Shown here: positions 19,529 to 29,633 of the stretch, piece after piece
How positions within the stretch are numbered: position 1 is the stretch's first letter
How the letters are laid out: every line of letters starts with the position of its first letter
NCBI GenBank assembly: GCA_902580275.1
Contig: CACHJZ010000005.1
Span: 36,065 to 100,064 of the forward strand
Reading direction: 5' to 3'
Length of the DNA: 64,000 nucleotides
From: an uncultured Pelagibacteraceae bacterium
Lineage (GTDB): Bacteria; Pseudomonadota; Alphaproteobacteria; Pelagibacterales; Pelagibacteraceae
Translations under genes and position numbers: made by a program
The notes under the pieces: model-generated
What the model saw: the letters and a program-made list of their open reading frames with translations, nothing else
Databases searched by the model: none
Told to the model about the DNA's origin: nothing

Positions 19529-19929
19529 TCAATTTTCACATCCATATCTGACATATGTAAATTAAGAGCATTTGTAGATATTTGTATTTCTCTAATAAAA
19601 AATGCAATTGAAATTATCATTGATAAACAACAAGAGCCGAAAATAACTCTTGCCACAAACAATTCGTCTAAATAAAGGGCAAATACAGTTAACATATTAA
19701 ACAGAAATCCAAAAGCAGCAAACATTATAGTCCACCTTAAAATAGATATACGATTACTTAAATTTAAGAATTGTTTTTGCCATTCTGGTGGTACATGCTT
19801 TTCGTAAACATGCTCATCATGGAGCTCTCGAATTAATTTACTTAAAGTATGAAATCTATTGCTATAAACACCCATAAGAAGTGGAATTGCGGGAAACATA
19901 AGTGCTGTTACAGTATAATCAATATTCAT
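19525..19929 (-). CDS. DUF2721-like membrane protein
   Basis: FPAIPLLM..Y.NRF...IRELH and REIQISTNAL pattern; three TMs. Confidence 0.7.
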   Translation of the reverse strand: MNIDYTVTALMFPAIPLLMGVYSNRFHTLSKLIRELHDEHVYEKHVPPEWQKQFLNLSNRISILRWTIMFAAFGFLFNMLTVFALYLDELFVARVIFGSCCLSMIISIAFFIREIQISTNALNLHMSDMDVKID

Positions 19930-19981
19930 ACGAATCAGTTTGATTATGAATCTACCCTTTGCTATTTACAAGTAAATTCTA

Positions 19982-20851
19982 ATGGAAAAAATAAATCACT
20001 TTATTGAACTTACAAGGATTAAGAGACCTATTGGATATATGCTTTTATTTTGGCCATGTATTTGGGGGTTAACGATAGCTTTTGATTTTTCGAACAATAC
20101 ACAAATTTTTTTAAAGTTTGTCATATTATTTTTATGTGGATCAATATTAATGAGATCGGCTGGATGTATTATAAATGATATTGTAGATAAAGATTTTGAT
20201 GCAAAAGTAGCAAGAACTAAATCAAGACCTATAGCCTCTGGTAAAATTTCTGTAAAGTTAGGTCTTTTTTATTCAGCATTTCTTTGTTTGATTGCTTTTT
20301 TTATTTTAATTCAATTTAATATGTTTACAATAATTTTAGCAATGTGCTCGATGCCATTGGCATTTTCTTATCCCTACATGAAAAGGTTCACTTATTGGCC
20401 TCAATTATTTCTTGGCATTACATTTAATTATGGTTTAGTACTTGGGTGGACAGCCATAAATGAAAATCTTACTATTATTCCATTAATATTTTATTTTGGA
20501 GCCATATTTTGGACATTAGGTTACGACACAATATATGGATACCAAGATTTAAAAGATGATGAAATAATAGGAGTAAAATCTACCTCAATAAAATTTAAAA
20601 AAAACCCAAAAATATTTTTATTCGTATGTTACTCTATATTTTTAATTTGCTTACTCTATACCGGTTATAAGATGAATTTTTCTTATATATATTTTTATGG
20701 TTTAGCATTAATATTTTCACATTTATTTATATTTCAAATTTTGAAACTAGATATAAAAAATGAAAAAAAATGTCTAAATATTTTTAAATCAAATAATTTT
20801 TTAGGATTTTTAGTATTTATAAATATTTTACTCAGCAAAATTATAATATGA
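19982..20851 (+). CDS. ubiA: 4-hydroxybenzoate polyprenyltransferase
   Basis: RPIGYMLLFWPC, AGCIINDIVDKDFD, RTKSRPIASG, YDTIYGYQD. Confidence 0.95.
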   Translation: MEKINHFIELTRIKRPIGYMLLFWPCIWGLTIAFDFSNNTQIFLKFVILFLCGSILMRSAGCIINDIVDKDFDAKVARTKSRPIASGKISVKLGLFYSAFLCLIAFFILIQFNMFTIILAMCSMPLAFSYPYMKRFTYWPQLFLGITFNYGLVLGWTAINENLTIIPLIFYFGAIFWTLGYDTIYGYQDLKDDEIIGVKSTSIKFKKNPKIFLFVCYSIFLICLLYTGYKMNFSYIYFYGLALIFSHLFIFQILKLDIKNEKKCLNIFKSNNFLGFLVFINILLSKIII

Positions 20852-22590
20852 TGACAAATAAAGAAACGCTAGTAAGACTTTATAATAGTTATTCCAAAAG
20901 ATATATTAATAAAATTATTGCATCCATTTTTCTTTCGATGATTGTTGCAGCTGCAACCTCTGCAATTGCCTGGCTTTTAGACCCAGCTATTGAAAAGATT
21001 TTTTTAGAAAAAGATCAAAAGCTTATGTTGATTATTCCACTGGCAATAGTTCTAGCATTTTCTGCCAAAGGAATATCTTTGTATTTAGCAAAAGTTATTA
21101 TGATTGGTGTCGCTGAAGATATTAAAAAAAATATTCAAAAAGATATGATTACTAGTTTAGTCAAGGCGGATACAGCAATAATTGATAATAAACATACTGG
21201 TAAATTTATCTCCAATTTAACCTATGATACTACGCTAATTGTAAATCTTGTCAGCACTGCCTTACTAAATCTTTTCAAGGACTCCATTACTTTAATTGGT
21301 TTATTAATTGTTATGTTTTATCAAAACTGGCAATTATCTTTAATAGCAATAATAATGATACCTTTGGCATCTTTGGCTGCTAAAACTTTAGGGAAAAGAA
21401 TTAGCAAAGTGACAACAGAAGCACAGTTGAAAGCTGGAGAACTTAATAAACATTTGATGGAAATTTTTAAAAATCATAAACTAATAAAGATTTTTCAAAA
21501 AGAAAACTTTGAGGTAGATAGAACAGACACGTTTCTCACCAGCCTAAAAGAAAAGGCAAAAAAAATTAATATTGTTTTTACTAGAGCCTCTCCAATCATG
21601 GAGGTTTTAACTGGTATAATGATAGCTTTATTAATTTACTACTCTGGAAAATTAATCCTTGAGGATGAGTTAGCAATAAATAATTTTTTTTCGTTTTTAG
21701 CTGCTATGATGCTTGCATATCAGCCAGTTCGTTCATTAACAACATTAAATCTCAGTGTTAACACTGGTTTATCAGCCGCTAAAAGAATAATTCCAATCAT
21801 TGACACAAAAAATGAAATAATTGAATCTGAGACTAAAAAAAAACTGGATATTAAAAAGTGTGAAATAAAATTTGAAAATTGTGATTTTAAATATGGTGCT
21901 TCAGAAAATCCAGTTTTAAACAATCTTAATCTGAGTATAGCAGGAGGCAAGATGACTGCTCTAGTTGGATACACCGGCGCTGGAAAATCCTCAATAATAA
22001 ACTTAATACCAAGATTCTATGATTGTCAAAAAGGAGATATCAAGATTGATAATCAATCTATATACGATGTAAGCATATTTGACCTAAGAAAAAATATTTC
22101 GATTGTAACGCAAGATATAACCCTTTTTGACGATACAGTTAAAAATAATATTTTATACGCTAATCAAAATGCTACTGATGAGGAAGTGGCATTAGTAGCA
22201 AAAAATTCATTTGCGGAAGATTTTATAAATAAACTTCCCCAAAAATATAACACTATCATAGGTGAAAATGGTGTCAGACTTTCTGGTGGTGAAAAACAAA
22301 GAATTTCAATTGCACGAGCCATGCTAAAAAAAACCCCTATAATTCTTTTAGATGAAGCTACATCGTCATTAGACGCAGAAACTGAGAATAAAATTCAAAA
22401 TGCTATGGAGATACTTACAGAAAATAAAACAACCATTGTAATAGCGCACAGATTATCAACAATTTTAAATGCACACAAAATTTTTGTAGTTGATAAAGGA
22501 AACATAGTTGCAGATGGAACGCATAAGGAATTAATAGAAAATTCAACAATTTATAAAAAATTTTATCAAAAACAAGTTAAACAAAATTAA
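20848..22590 (+). CDS. msbA: Lipid A export ABC transporter, MsbA-like
   Basis: Six-TM domain plus Walker A GYTGAGKS, LSGGEKQR, LDEATS; adjacent to waaA-lpxK. Confidence 0.85.
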   Translation: MMTNKETLVRLYNSYSKRYINKIIASIFLSMIVAAATSAIAWLLDPAIEKIFLEKDQKLMLIIPLAIVLAFSAKGISLYLAKVIMIGVAEDIKKNIQKDMITSLVKADTAIIDNKHTGKFISNLTYDTTLIVNLVSTALLNLFKDSITLIGLLIVMFYQNWQLSLIAIIMIPLASLAAKTLGKRISKVTTEAQLKAGELNKHLMEIFKNHKLIKIFQKENFEVDRTDTFLTSLKEKAKKINIVFTRASPIMEVLTGIMIALLIYYSGKLILEDELAINNFFSFLAAMMLAYQPVRSLTTLNLSVNTGLSAAKRIIPIIDTKNEIIESETKKKLDIKKCEIKFENCDFKYGASENPVLNNLNLSIAGGKMTALVGYTGAGKSSIINLIPRFYDCQKGDIKIDNQSIYDVSIFDLRKNISIVTQDITLFDDTVKNNILYANQNATDEEVALVAKNSFAEDFINKLPQKYNTIIGENGVRLSGGEKQRISIARAMLKKTPIILLDEATSSLDAETENKIQNAMEILTENKTTIVIAHRLSTILNAHKIFVVDKGNIVADGTHKELIENSTIYKKFYQKQVKQN

Positions 22591-23840
22591 TGGTATTATT
22601 AATCTATAGAATTTTTATTAATTTAATTCTTATATTTTCACCATTAATTATATTGTTTAGAATTTTAAAAAAGAAAGAAGATGTTTACAGATTTAAAGAA
22701 AAATTCTGTTTTTTTTCCAAAAAAAAAATAAAAAAAAAATTAGTGTGGTTTCATGGTGCAAGTGTAGGTGAGATTTCTAGTATTATTCCATTAGTTTTTA
22801 TCCTGGAAAAAAATAAAAAGATAGATCAAATATTAATTACATCATCTACTTTAAGCTCGGCAAAAGTTCTAGAACAGTTTAAATTTAAAAAAACTGTACA
22901 TCAATTTTTTCCAATTGATACAAATAAAATGTCAGAAAATTTTTTAAATTATTGGAAACCCTCTTTAGCTGTTTTTGTTGACTCAGAAATATGGCCTAAT
23001 ATGATTTTAAATTTAAAAAAAGGATCGATACCAATTTTCCTTCTAAATGCAAGAATTACACAAAGATCGTTTAAAAGATGGAAAATATTTCGAGATTTTA
23101 GCAAAACAATTTTTCAATGTATTGATAAATCTATAGTTTCAAATCAAGAAACAAAAAATTATCTTAAATATTTAGGAGTTAAAAATATTAAATCTGTAGG
23201 AAATTTAAAATTTATTCAAAATAAATTTAAAAGACTTACCTTGCCAGAGAGGTTAAGGAAACATATTGTGAATAAAACTACATGGTGCGCAGCAAGTACT
23301 CATAAAGGTGAGGAACAGATATCAATAAATGTGCATAAGATACTTAAAAAAAAATATAGTAATTTACTTAGCGTTATTATTCCAAGGCATATAGATAGAT
23401 CAAAAGAGCTTGTAGAATTGTTTAAAGAAAATAATTTAAAAGTTCATTGTCATAGTTGGAAAACTCAAATACCAAAAAATATTGACATATATCTTGTAGA
23501 TACTTACGGAGAAACTGAAAAATTTTTTAATTTAATTAAAGTTGTTTTTGTTGGTGGTTCTTTAGTAAATCATGGTGGGCAAAATCCTTTAGAGCCAGCA
23601 AGACATGGCTGTAATATTTTATACGGGCCAAATGTAAATAATTTCAAAAAAATCTATGATTTCCTTGACAAAATTCGAATATCTAAAAAAATTCAAGGAG
23701 ATAGAAGCTTATACACAAATATAAAAAAATTAATAAGTAATAAAAATAAAGCTAGATCAGCTAATAAAAGAGTAAAGAAATTAGGCGATAAAATTTCTGC
23801 ATTTGTAATAAAAGAAATTGAAAGTTCATTAATAAAATGA
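22590..23840 (+). CDS. waaA: Kdo transferase
   Basis: WFHGASVGE, SEIWPN, AASTH, IPRH, GGQNPLEP. Confidence 0.94.
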   Translation: MVLLIYRIFINLILIFSPLIILFRILKKKEDVYRFKEKFCFFSKKKIKKKLVWFHGASVGEISSIIPLVFILEKNKKIDQILITSSTLSSAKVLEQFKFKKTVHQFFPIDTNKMSENFLNYWKPSLAVFVDSEIWPNMILNLKKGSIPIFLLNARITQRSFKRWKIFRDFSKTIFQCIDKSIVSNQETKNYLKYLGVKNIKSVGNLKFIQNKFKRLTLPERLRKHIVNKTTWCAASTHKGEEQISINVHKILKKKYSNLLSVIIPRHIDRSKELVELFKENNLKVHCHSWKTQIPKNIDIYLVDTYGETEKFFNLIKVVFVGGSLVNHGGQNPLEPARHGCNILYGPNVNNFKKIYDFLDKIRISKKIQGDRSLYTNIKKLISNKNKARSANKRVKKLGDKISAFVIKEIESSLIK

Positions 23841-24769
23841 TGATTAAAAAACCAAAATTTTGGAATAAAAAAAAACCTAACTTTTTTGCTTACTTATTGA
23901 TGCCTTTCTCTCAGTTAGTGAATTTTTTTAATATAGTAAAAAAGGGTAAAAATTTTAAATTCCCAAATATTAAAACTATTTGTATAGGTAACATTTATAT
24001 CGGGGGCACCGGGAAAACTCCTTTATCAATAAAAGTTTGTCAGCTATTAAATAAAAAAAATATTAGATCAACAGTTCTAAAAAAGTTTTATAAAGAACAT
24101 AAAGATGAACAATTATTAATTAGCAATAAGACAAATTTAATTAGCAAAATAAATAGAAAAAAATGTATAGAAAATGCGATAGAAAAAAATTATGAATTTG
24201 CGATTTTTGATGATGGACTTCAGGATAAGTCTATTAAATATGATTTAAAAATTTGTTGTTTTAATTCAAGCAATTGGATTGGTAATGGTTGCATTATACC
24301 AGCTGGGCCATTAAGAGAGAAGACACAAGCTATAAAAAATTTCGATATAGTTTTCTTAAATGGGCCAAATAAAGAAAACGAAAATATTAAAACTAAAATA
24401 TTTGAAATAAACAGCAATATAAAAATATTTGAAGGTCGTTATAAAGTTAAGAATTCTGAGAAATTAGACAAAACTCAAAATTATTTAGCTTTTTCTGGAA
24501 TAGGAAATCCTGAAAATTTTTATATAACCTTACAAGAAATTAATCTAAATATATCAAAATATTTAACTTTTCCAGACCACTATAATTATAAAAAACTTGA
24601 ATTAGATAATATAAAAAAATATGCGAATAAAAATAATTTAAAAATTATTACAACTGAAAAAGATTATTTAAGAATTAATAAAGAATTTAGACAAGACTTA
24701 GGTTATATTGAGATGGATTTAGAAATAGTAAATGAAAAACAATTTTTAGATTTAGTTTCAAAAAAATGA
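23837..24769 (+). CDS. lpxK: Tetraacyldisaccharide 4'-kinase
   Basis: GNIYIGGTGKTP, DDGLQD, PAGPLRE, SGIGNP, FPDH, TTEKD. Confidence 0.94.
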   Translation: MMIKKPKFWNKKKPNFFAYLLMPFSQLVNFFNIVKKGKNFKFPNIKTICIGNIYIGGTGKTPLSIKVCQLLNKKNIRSTVLKKFYKEHKDEQLLISNKTNLISKINRKKCIENAIEKNYEFAIFDDGLQDKSIKYDLKICCFNSSNWIGNGCIIPAGPLREKTQAIKNFDIVFLNGPNKENENIKTKIFEINSNIKIFEGRYKVKNSEKLDKTQNYLAFSGIGNPENFYITLQEINLNISKYLTFPDHYNYKKLELDNIKKYANKNNLKIITTEKDYLRINKEFRQDLGYIEMDLEIVNEKQFLDLVSKK

Positions 24770-25629
24770 AAACTTTAAGATATTTTATAGAATTTTTATT
24801 TATCAAATTTTTTTTTCTTTTATTTAAGATAATAGGTTATAAAAATTCCTCAAATCTAGGTGGAAAAATTGGTTCTTTTATCGGACCATTGTTTCGCTCA
24901 AAAAGTCTAACTAAAAGTAATATTCAAAACAGTTTACCAAATTTATCACAGGAACAAATTGAGGTATTAATAAAAAAAATGTGGGAAAACTATGGAAGAA
25001 TTTTTTCTGAGTATATGTTTATAGAAAAATTCAGATCAAATAAACTTGAAAAATACTTGAATATAAATGGAATTAAAATTCTGGAAAAAATAAAAAAAAA
25101 TGGAAAGCCAGTAGTTTTTATATCAGGACATTTTAATAATTTTGAATTGATGGCAATGCAATTAGAGATGAATGGAATTAAACTTTCAGCAGTTTATAGA
25201 CCTTTAAATAATTTTTTTTTAAATCGAACGATGGAGAATTTAAGAAAAAGTTTTATTTGTAAAAATCAAATAAAAAAAGGATGGGGTGGTGTCAGAGAAA
25301 TTATTAGGGCATTCTCACAAAATACATCAATAGCCTTGATGATCGATCAAAGAGTTACAGAAGGAGAGAAATCAATATTGTTCAATAGAAACACTTTCAC
25401 AACAACTATTCCTGCTCAGTTGGTAAAGAAATATAATTGTCCAGTGGTTCCAATTTATATTAAGAGAAGAGACAATATTTACTTTGATATTACTGTAGAA
25501 GATCCAATTCATTTTGGTGAATTAGATGATATAAAAAGTATCACTCTTAAACTTAATAAATGGCTTGAAGGCAAAATATCATTGAATCCAGATCAGTGGA
25601 TCTGGACTCATAATAAATGGAAATTATAA
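24766..25629 (+). CDS. Lipid A acyltransferase (HtrB/LpxL family)
   Basis: GHFNNFE, MIDQ, NPDQWIWTHNKWK. Confidence 0.9.
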   Translation: MKTLRYFIEFLFIKFFFLLFKIIGYKNSSNLGGKIGSFIGPLFRSKSLTKSNIQNSLPNLSQEQIEVLIKKMWENYGRIFSEYMFIEKFRSNKLEKYLNINGIKILEKIKKNGKPVVFISGHFNNFELMAMQLEMNGIKLSAVYRPLNNFFLNRTMENLRKSFICKNQIKKGWGGVREIIRAFSQNTSIALMIDQRVTEGEKSILFNRNTFTTTIPAQLVKKYNCPVVPIYIKRRDNIYFDITVEDPIHFGELDDIKSITLKLNKWLEGKISLNPDQWIWTHNKWKL

Positions 25630-25635
25630 TTTTTT

Positions 25636-25818
25636 TTACTCTCTTTTTTTAGATGCCTCCAGATATGAAAAATATGCTTCCTGTAATTCAACATTCCAAT
25701 AGCTTAGTTTTTCAAGTTGTATTTTTTTACCTGAGACTGCACAAATAACATAATCTCCATTTTCAATTATTTTAAAATTATTGGGTAAATATTTTAATTT
25801 AGCTAATTTATTTTTCAT
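25636..25818 (-). CDS. DUF2093 family small protein
   Basis: GDYVICAVSG.KI.L..L.YWNVELQEAY pattern. Confidence 0.8.
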   Translation of the reverse strand: MKNKLAKLKYLPNNFKIIENGDYVICAVSGKKIQLEKLSYWNVELQEAYFSYLEASKKRE

Positions 25819-25842
25819 TATTTAGTTGTATAAAATATATAT

Positions 25843-27102
25843 ATGAACATTGGAATAATTGGAAGTGGAGGAAGAGAGCATTCACTTTGTTTTAAACTAA
25901 AAGAGTCGGTCTTAGTTGATAAAATATTTTGCTTCCCAGGGAATGCTGGTACAAGATTAATTGCAAAAAATATAAATTTAGACATCACAGATTTTGAAAA
26001 GATTCACAAAACCTGTGAAAAAGAAAAAATAGAATTAATTGTGGTGGGACCAGAAAAGCCTTTGGTAGATGGTATTGTTGACTACTTTAAAGATACAAAA
26101 ATTAAAATTTTTGGTCCTAATAAAATATGCTCACAATTAGAAGGATCAAAAACATTTACAAAAAAACTATGTGAAAAATATAAAATACCCACGTCAGATT
26201 TTAAAATTATTTATGAAGAAAAATCTGCATTTAATTATTTACAAACTGTTGATTATCCTTTGGTAGTCAAAGCAGATGGGCTTGCTGCTGGAAAAGGGGT
26301 ATATATTTGCAAAAGCCATAATGATGCAAAAAAAGCTGTTAAAGAAATTTTTGATGGGCGCTTTGGTAAAGCTGATTGTGTTTTAATTGAACAGTTTTTA
26401 AGTGGGGAGGAAATGAGTTACTTTATTATTTGTGACGGATCAACTTATAAATTTTTTCAAACTGCACAAGATCATAAGCGTGTTGGTGAAAACGATACAG
26501 GTAAAAATACTGGTGGAATGGGTGCATATTCTCCTTCAAGACTATATTGCAATAATTTGGATGAAAAAATAAAAGAAAAAATAATAAAACCTACTTTAAT
26601 GGGTATCAAAGATCTTGGTACAAGTTATCGTGGATTTTTATATATTGGATTGATGATTGTTGAAAATGAACCTTTCCTAATTGAATTTAATGTTAGGATG
26701 GGTGATCCTGAATGCCAAACTATTTTACCTATATTAGAATCTGATTTAGGAGAACTAATTCAAGCCTGCTGTGATAAAAAATTATCGAGTTTTAATATTA
26801 AATGGAAACAAAAAAAAAGTGTGTGTGTAGTTTTGTGTTCAAATGGATATCCAGATAATTATAAAAAAAATATTAAAATTGATCAAATTAAAAATATTAA
26901 ACTTCATCAAAATGAATATATTTTTCATGCGGGTACAAAAATTGAAAATGGAGAGTATTTTGCTACGGGGGGGAGAGTATTAAATATTATCGCAATAAGT
27001 GAAAACTTCAGAAGATCAAAAGATCAAACGTTAAAAATTTTAAATGACATAAACTGGAAAGAGGGTTTTTTTAGAAAAGATATAGCTAATAAAGTTATTT
27101 AA
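25843..27102 (+). CDS. purD: Phosphoribosylamine--glycine ligase
   Basis: GSGGREH, PGNAG, VGPE, KADGLAAGKGV, QDHKR, NTGGMGAY, EFNVRMGDPE. Confidence 0.97.
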   Translation: MNIGIIGSGGREHSLCFKLKESVLVDKIFCFPGNAGTRLIAKNINLDITDFEKIHKTCEKEKIELIVVGPEKPLVDGIVDYFKDTKIKIFGPNKICSQLEGSKTFTKKLCEKYKIPTSDFKIIYEEKSAFNYLQTVDYPLVVKADGLAAGKGVYICKSHNDAKKAVKEIFDGRFGKADCVLIEQFLSGEEMSYFIICDGSTYKFFQTAQDHKRVGENDTGKNTGGMGAYSPSRLYCNNLDEKIKEKIIKPTLMGIKDLGTSYRGFLYIGLMIVENEPFLIEFNVRMGDPECQTILPILESDLGELIQACCDKKLSSFNIKWKQKKSVCVVLCSNGYPDNYKKNIKIDQIKNIKLHQNEYIFHAGTKIENGEYFATGGRVLNIIAISENFRRSKDQTLKILNDINWKEGFFRKDIANKVI

Positions 27103-27672
27103 ATGAGAATAATTGGTGGAAAATTTAAAAATAAAAAAATTCTTTTACCGACTGATGACAAAACAAGACCTCTAAAAGATATGGTAAGAGAATCAATATT
27201 TAATATTATTGAACATTCAAATCTTTTTAAAAATAAAGTTTTATCTTCTTCTGTTTTAGATCTTTACTCAGGGTCGGGATCATTTGGACTGGAATGTTTA
27301 TCAAGAGGAGCATCTAAAGTAGTATTTTGTGAAAGTTATTTACCAGCATATAAAATTTTAAAAAAAAATCTTAATAGCCTTAATTGTCCCGATCAAATAG
27401 AACTATTTAATGAGACGGTTATTAAATTTATAGATACAACAAGTAATAATGTAAATAAATATGATATTATCTTTTTGGACCCACCATACAAAGAGAATAA
27501 TATTGAAGAATTGCTAGAAAAAATTTACGAAAAAAAAAATTTTAAAAAAATCAATTTATTCATTTTACACAGAAATAAGAACACAAAAGATAAATTTCCA
27601 ACAAATTTTAAAATTTTATTAGAAAGAACATATGGTGTGTCTAAAATATATTTTGGAAAATTTAACTTTTGA
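27103..27672 (+). CDS. rsmD: 16S rRNA m2G966 methyltransferase
   Basis: MRIIGG, TRP, DLYSGSGSFGLECLSRG, FLDPPY. Confidence 0.92.
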   Translation: MRIIGGKFKNKKILLPTDDKTRPLKDMVRESIFNIIEHSNLFKNKVLSSSVLDLYSGSGSFGLECLSRGASKVVFCESYLPAYKILKKNLNSLNCPDQIELFNETVIKFIDTTSNNVNKYDIIFLDPPYKENNIEELLEKIYEKKNFKKINLFILHRNKNTKDKFPTNFKILLERTYGVSKIYFGKFNF

Positions 27673-28822
27673 GAATTCTTTTAGTCTCAATTTTAATTAG
27701 TTCTACAGCAGGCTGATCAAAAGGATTAATTTTCATAATACTGCCCAATAAAATTGTTTCTAGCATAAAAAAAGTAAATAGTTCTCCAAGACTTTCTTCG
27801 GACCGTAACAATACATTAAAACTTCTAAAGGGTATTTTTTTTTTTCTAAAAACAATCTCTGTAGCTTTTTTTTGAGCAGATTTAATTTCGTATAAGTTTT
27901 TATTTTTTAAATAATTATAGCTTGGTAATATTTCTGAATTGATAATTTTTTTTTTATCGTGATCATTTACATCAAAAAAGGTAAAGAATGAATTTTTAGG
28001 ACCATCTAGGTATAATTGCATTAAACTATGATTATCTTTTGGCATAGATGAAATTAAGGGCAACACGCCTTTTGAATTTTTTCCTAAACTTTCTGCCACA
28101 AGTTGTTGATACCACGCAAATAAATCATGAGAAAGCTCATCGTAATTTAGAATTATGGAATTAAACCTTTTTTTATTTAAGAAATATTTGATAGAGATAA
28201 CACTATCTATTAAAGAGTTAATAAACTTTTTATTTTTAATTAAATTGTTAATGTTTTTAAATTTTTCAGGTTTAAAGCCCATAAAGATTGCTGGTAACAT
28301 TCCAACTTCAGAAAGCACTGAGTATCTGCCACCAATGTAGTTTTTATGATTTATAATTTCACACTTTAATTTATTGGCTAATAACTTGATATAATTATTT
28401 GAGTTTTCACATATAAAAAGGTTATTCTTTTTACCTTTGAGGGTGGAATAATTAGATATTGTCTCAAGAGTATTACCTGACTTAGAAATTATAATATTTA
28501 AACTTTGAGAATTTTTTTTATTATTTTTAATTGAATTGAGGTTATCTGTGAACGTGAATTTTTTTTTAATTTTTGGTTTTAAAAAATTATAAATAGCTTT
28601 AGATCCTAAAGAAGATCCACCCATACCAATTAAGTTGTAATTTTGAAATTTTTTAAATTTTTTTATTTGAACTTCTGAAAAATCAAAAGCATAATCTTTT
28701 GAAAAGCTTCTAATTAATTTATGATCTTTTAGAGAAACTAAATTACTTAATAAATTTAGTTTAATTTTGTTTTTATTATTTTTAATGCCAAATTTTTTTA
28801 GACGAATGTTTTTAGTTAACAT
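27662..28822 (-). CDS. pgi: Glucose-6-phosphate isomerase (short form)
   Basis: GMGGSSLG, SKSGNTLET, GGRYSV, QLVAESLGK, D.HS, NPFDQPAVE..K. Confidence 0.88.
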   Translation of the reverse strand: MLTKNIRLKKFGIKNNKNKIKLNLLSNLVSLKDHKLIRSFSKDYAFDFSEVQIKKFKKFQNYNLIGMGGSSLGSKAIYNFLKPKIKKKFTFTDNLNSIKNNKKNSQSLNIIISKSGNTLETISNYSTLKGKKNNLFICENSNNYIKLLANKLKCEIINHKNYIGGRYSVLSEVGMLPAIFMGFKPEKFKNINNLIKNKKFINSLIDSVISIKYFLNKKRFNSIILNYDELSHDLFAWYQQLVAESLGKNSKGVLPLISSMPKDNHSLMQLYLDGPKNSFFTFFDVNDHDKKKIINSEILPSYNYLKNKNLYEIKSAQKKATEIVFRKKKIPFRSFNVLLRSEESLGELFTFFMLETILLGSIMKINPFDQPAVELIKIETKRILKS

Positions 28823-29136
28823 TAATTTTTTTTGATTTGTTTAAGAACAAAATCTTCGGCAGACTTATCTTTACTTTCGGAATTTTTATTGAAGTTATTA
28901 TCCTTAAACAATTTTTCTATATCATCCTCTATTGCTTTAGCCTTATTAGATTTATCATTTTTTTTATTAGGTTCTGGTAAGGATCCAAAACCTGGCGGAA
29001 TTTCTAAGGGATTTTTCTTTTCAATTAAAAATTCATCACTATTTCTGTTTTTATTACCAGCTAATCCGTCTTGCACGGCTTGGCATGAATTTAATAAAAT
29101 TAATATGAAAAATAGAAAAAAAAGTTTATTTTGCAT
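28822..29136 (-). CDS. DUF3035-like lipoprotein
   Basis: Lipobox LNSC, DEFLIEKKNPLEIPP; downstream of lspA. Confidence 0.75.
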   Translation of the reverse strand: MQNKLFFLFFILILLNSCQAVQDGLAGNKNRNSDEFLIEKKNPLEIPPGFGSLPEPNKKNDKSNKAKAIEDDIEKLFKDNNFNKNSESKDKSAEDFVLKQIKKN

Positions 29137-29626
29137 TTATTTTTTCCTCCTTATTAAAAAATAATTCAACAAAAATAAGGCAAACGACTCCAGCCGAAAT
29201 AAATATATCAGCTACATTGAAAATAAACCAATGAAAATCATTATAATTTAAATCTATAAAATCAGGAACTGCAGAATAATAAAGTCTATCGAATAAGTTC
29301 CCAAGTGATCCACCTAAAATGACAAAAAATATAAGTCCTTTAAAATTACTTGACTTTACACCAAGGTATAAAATTACAAAATTAACTAATACAATTATTA
29401 ATGTTATTAAATTATAAATAAATTGTTTTTCAAACGACAATAATCCAAACCCTATTCCTGTATTCCAAACTAAAATAATATTTATAAATTGATTTAGATA
29501 AATATCTACTTTGCCATAAGTTTCAGCAAAATTTATAACATAGATCTTTGAAATTCTATCTAAAGTAAAAATAAATAATGTAATTAAAAAATAAATAATA
29601 ATTTTCTTATTTATAAAATTTATCAT
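29126..29626 (-). CDS. lspA: Signal peptidase II
   Basis: WNTGIGFG, GGSLGNLFDR, V.DFID, FNVAD. Confidence 0.96.
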   Translation of the reverse strand: MINFINKKIIIYFLITLFIFTLDRISKIYVINFAETYGKVDIYLNQFINIILVWNTGIGFGLLSFEKQFIYNLITLIIVLVNFVILYLGVKSSNFKGLIFFVILGGSLGNLFDRLYYSAVPDFIDLNYNDFHWFIFNVADIFISAGVVCLIFVELFFNKEEKINAK

Positions 29627-29633
29627 TTAATTT

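Noticed and set aside
22719..22739. Long A tracts in waaA, and the T tracts near 39255-39384, as phase-variation or frameshift sites
   Set aside because: The frames are intact and the tracts are explained by Lys codons in an AT-rich genome.
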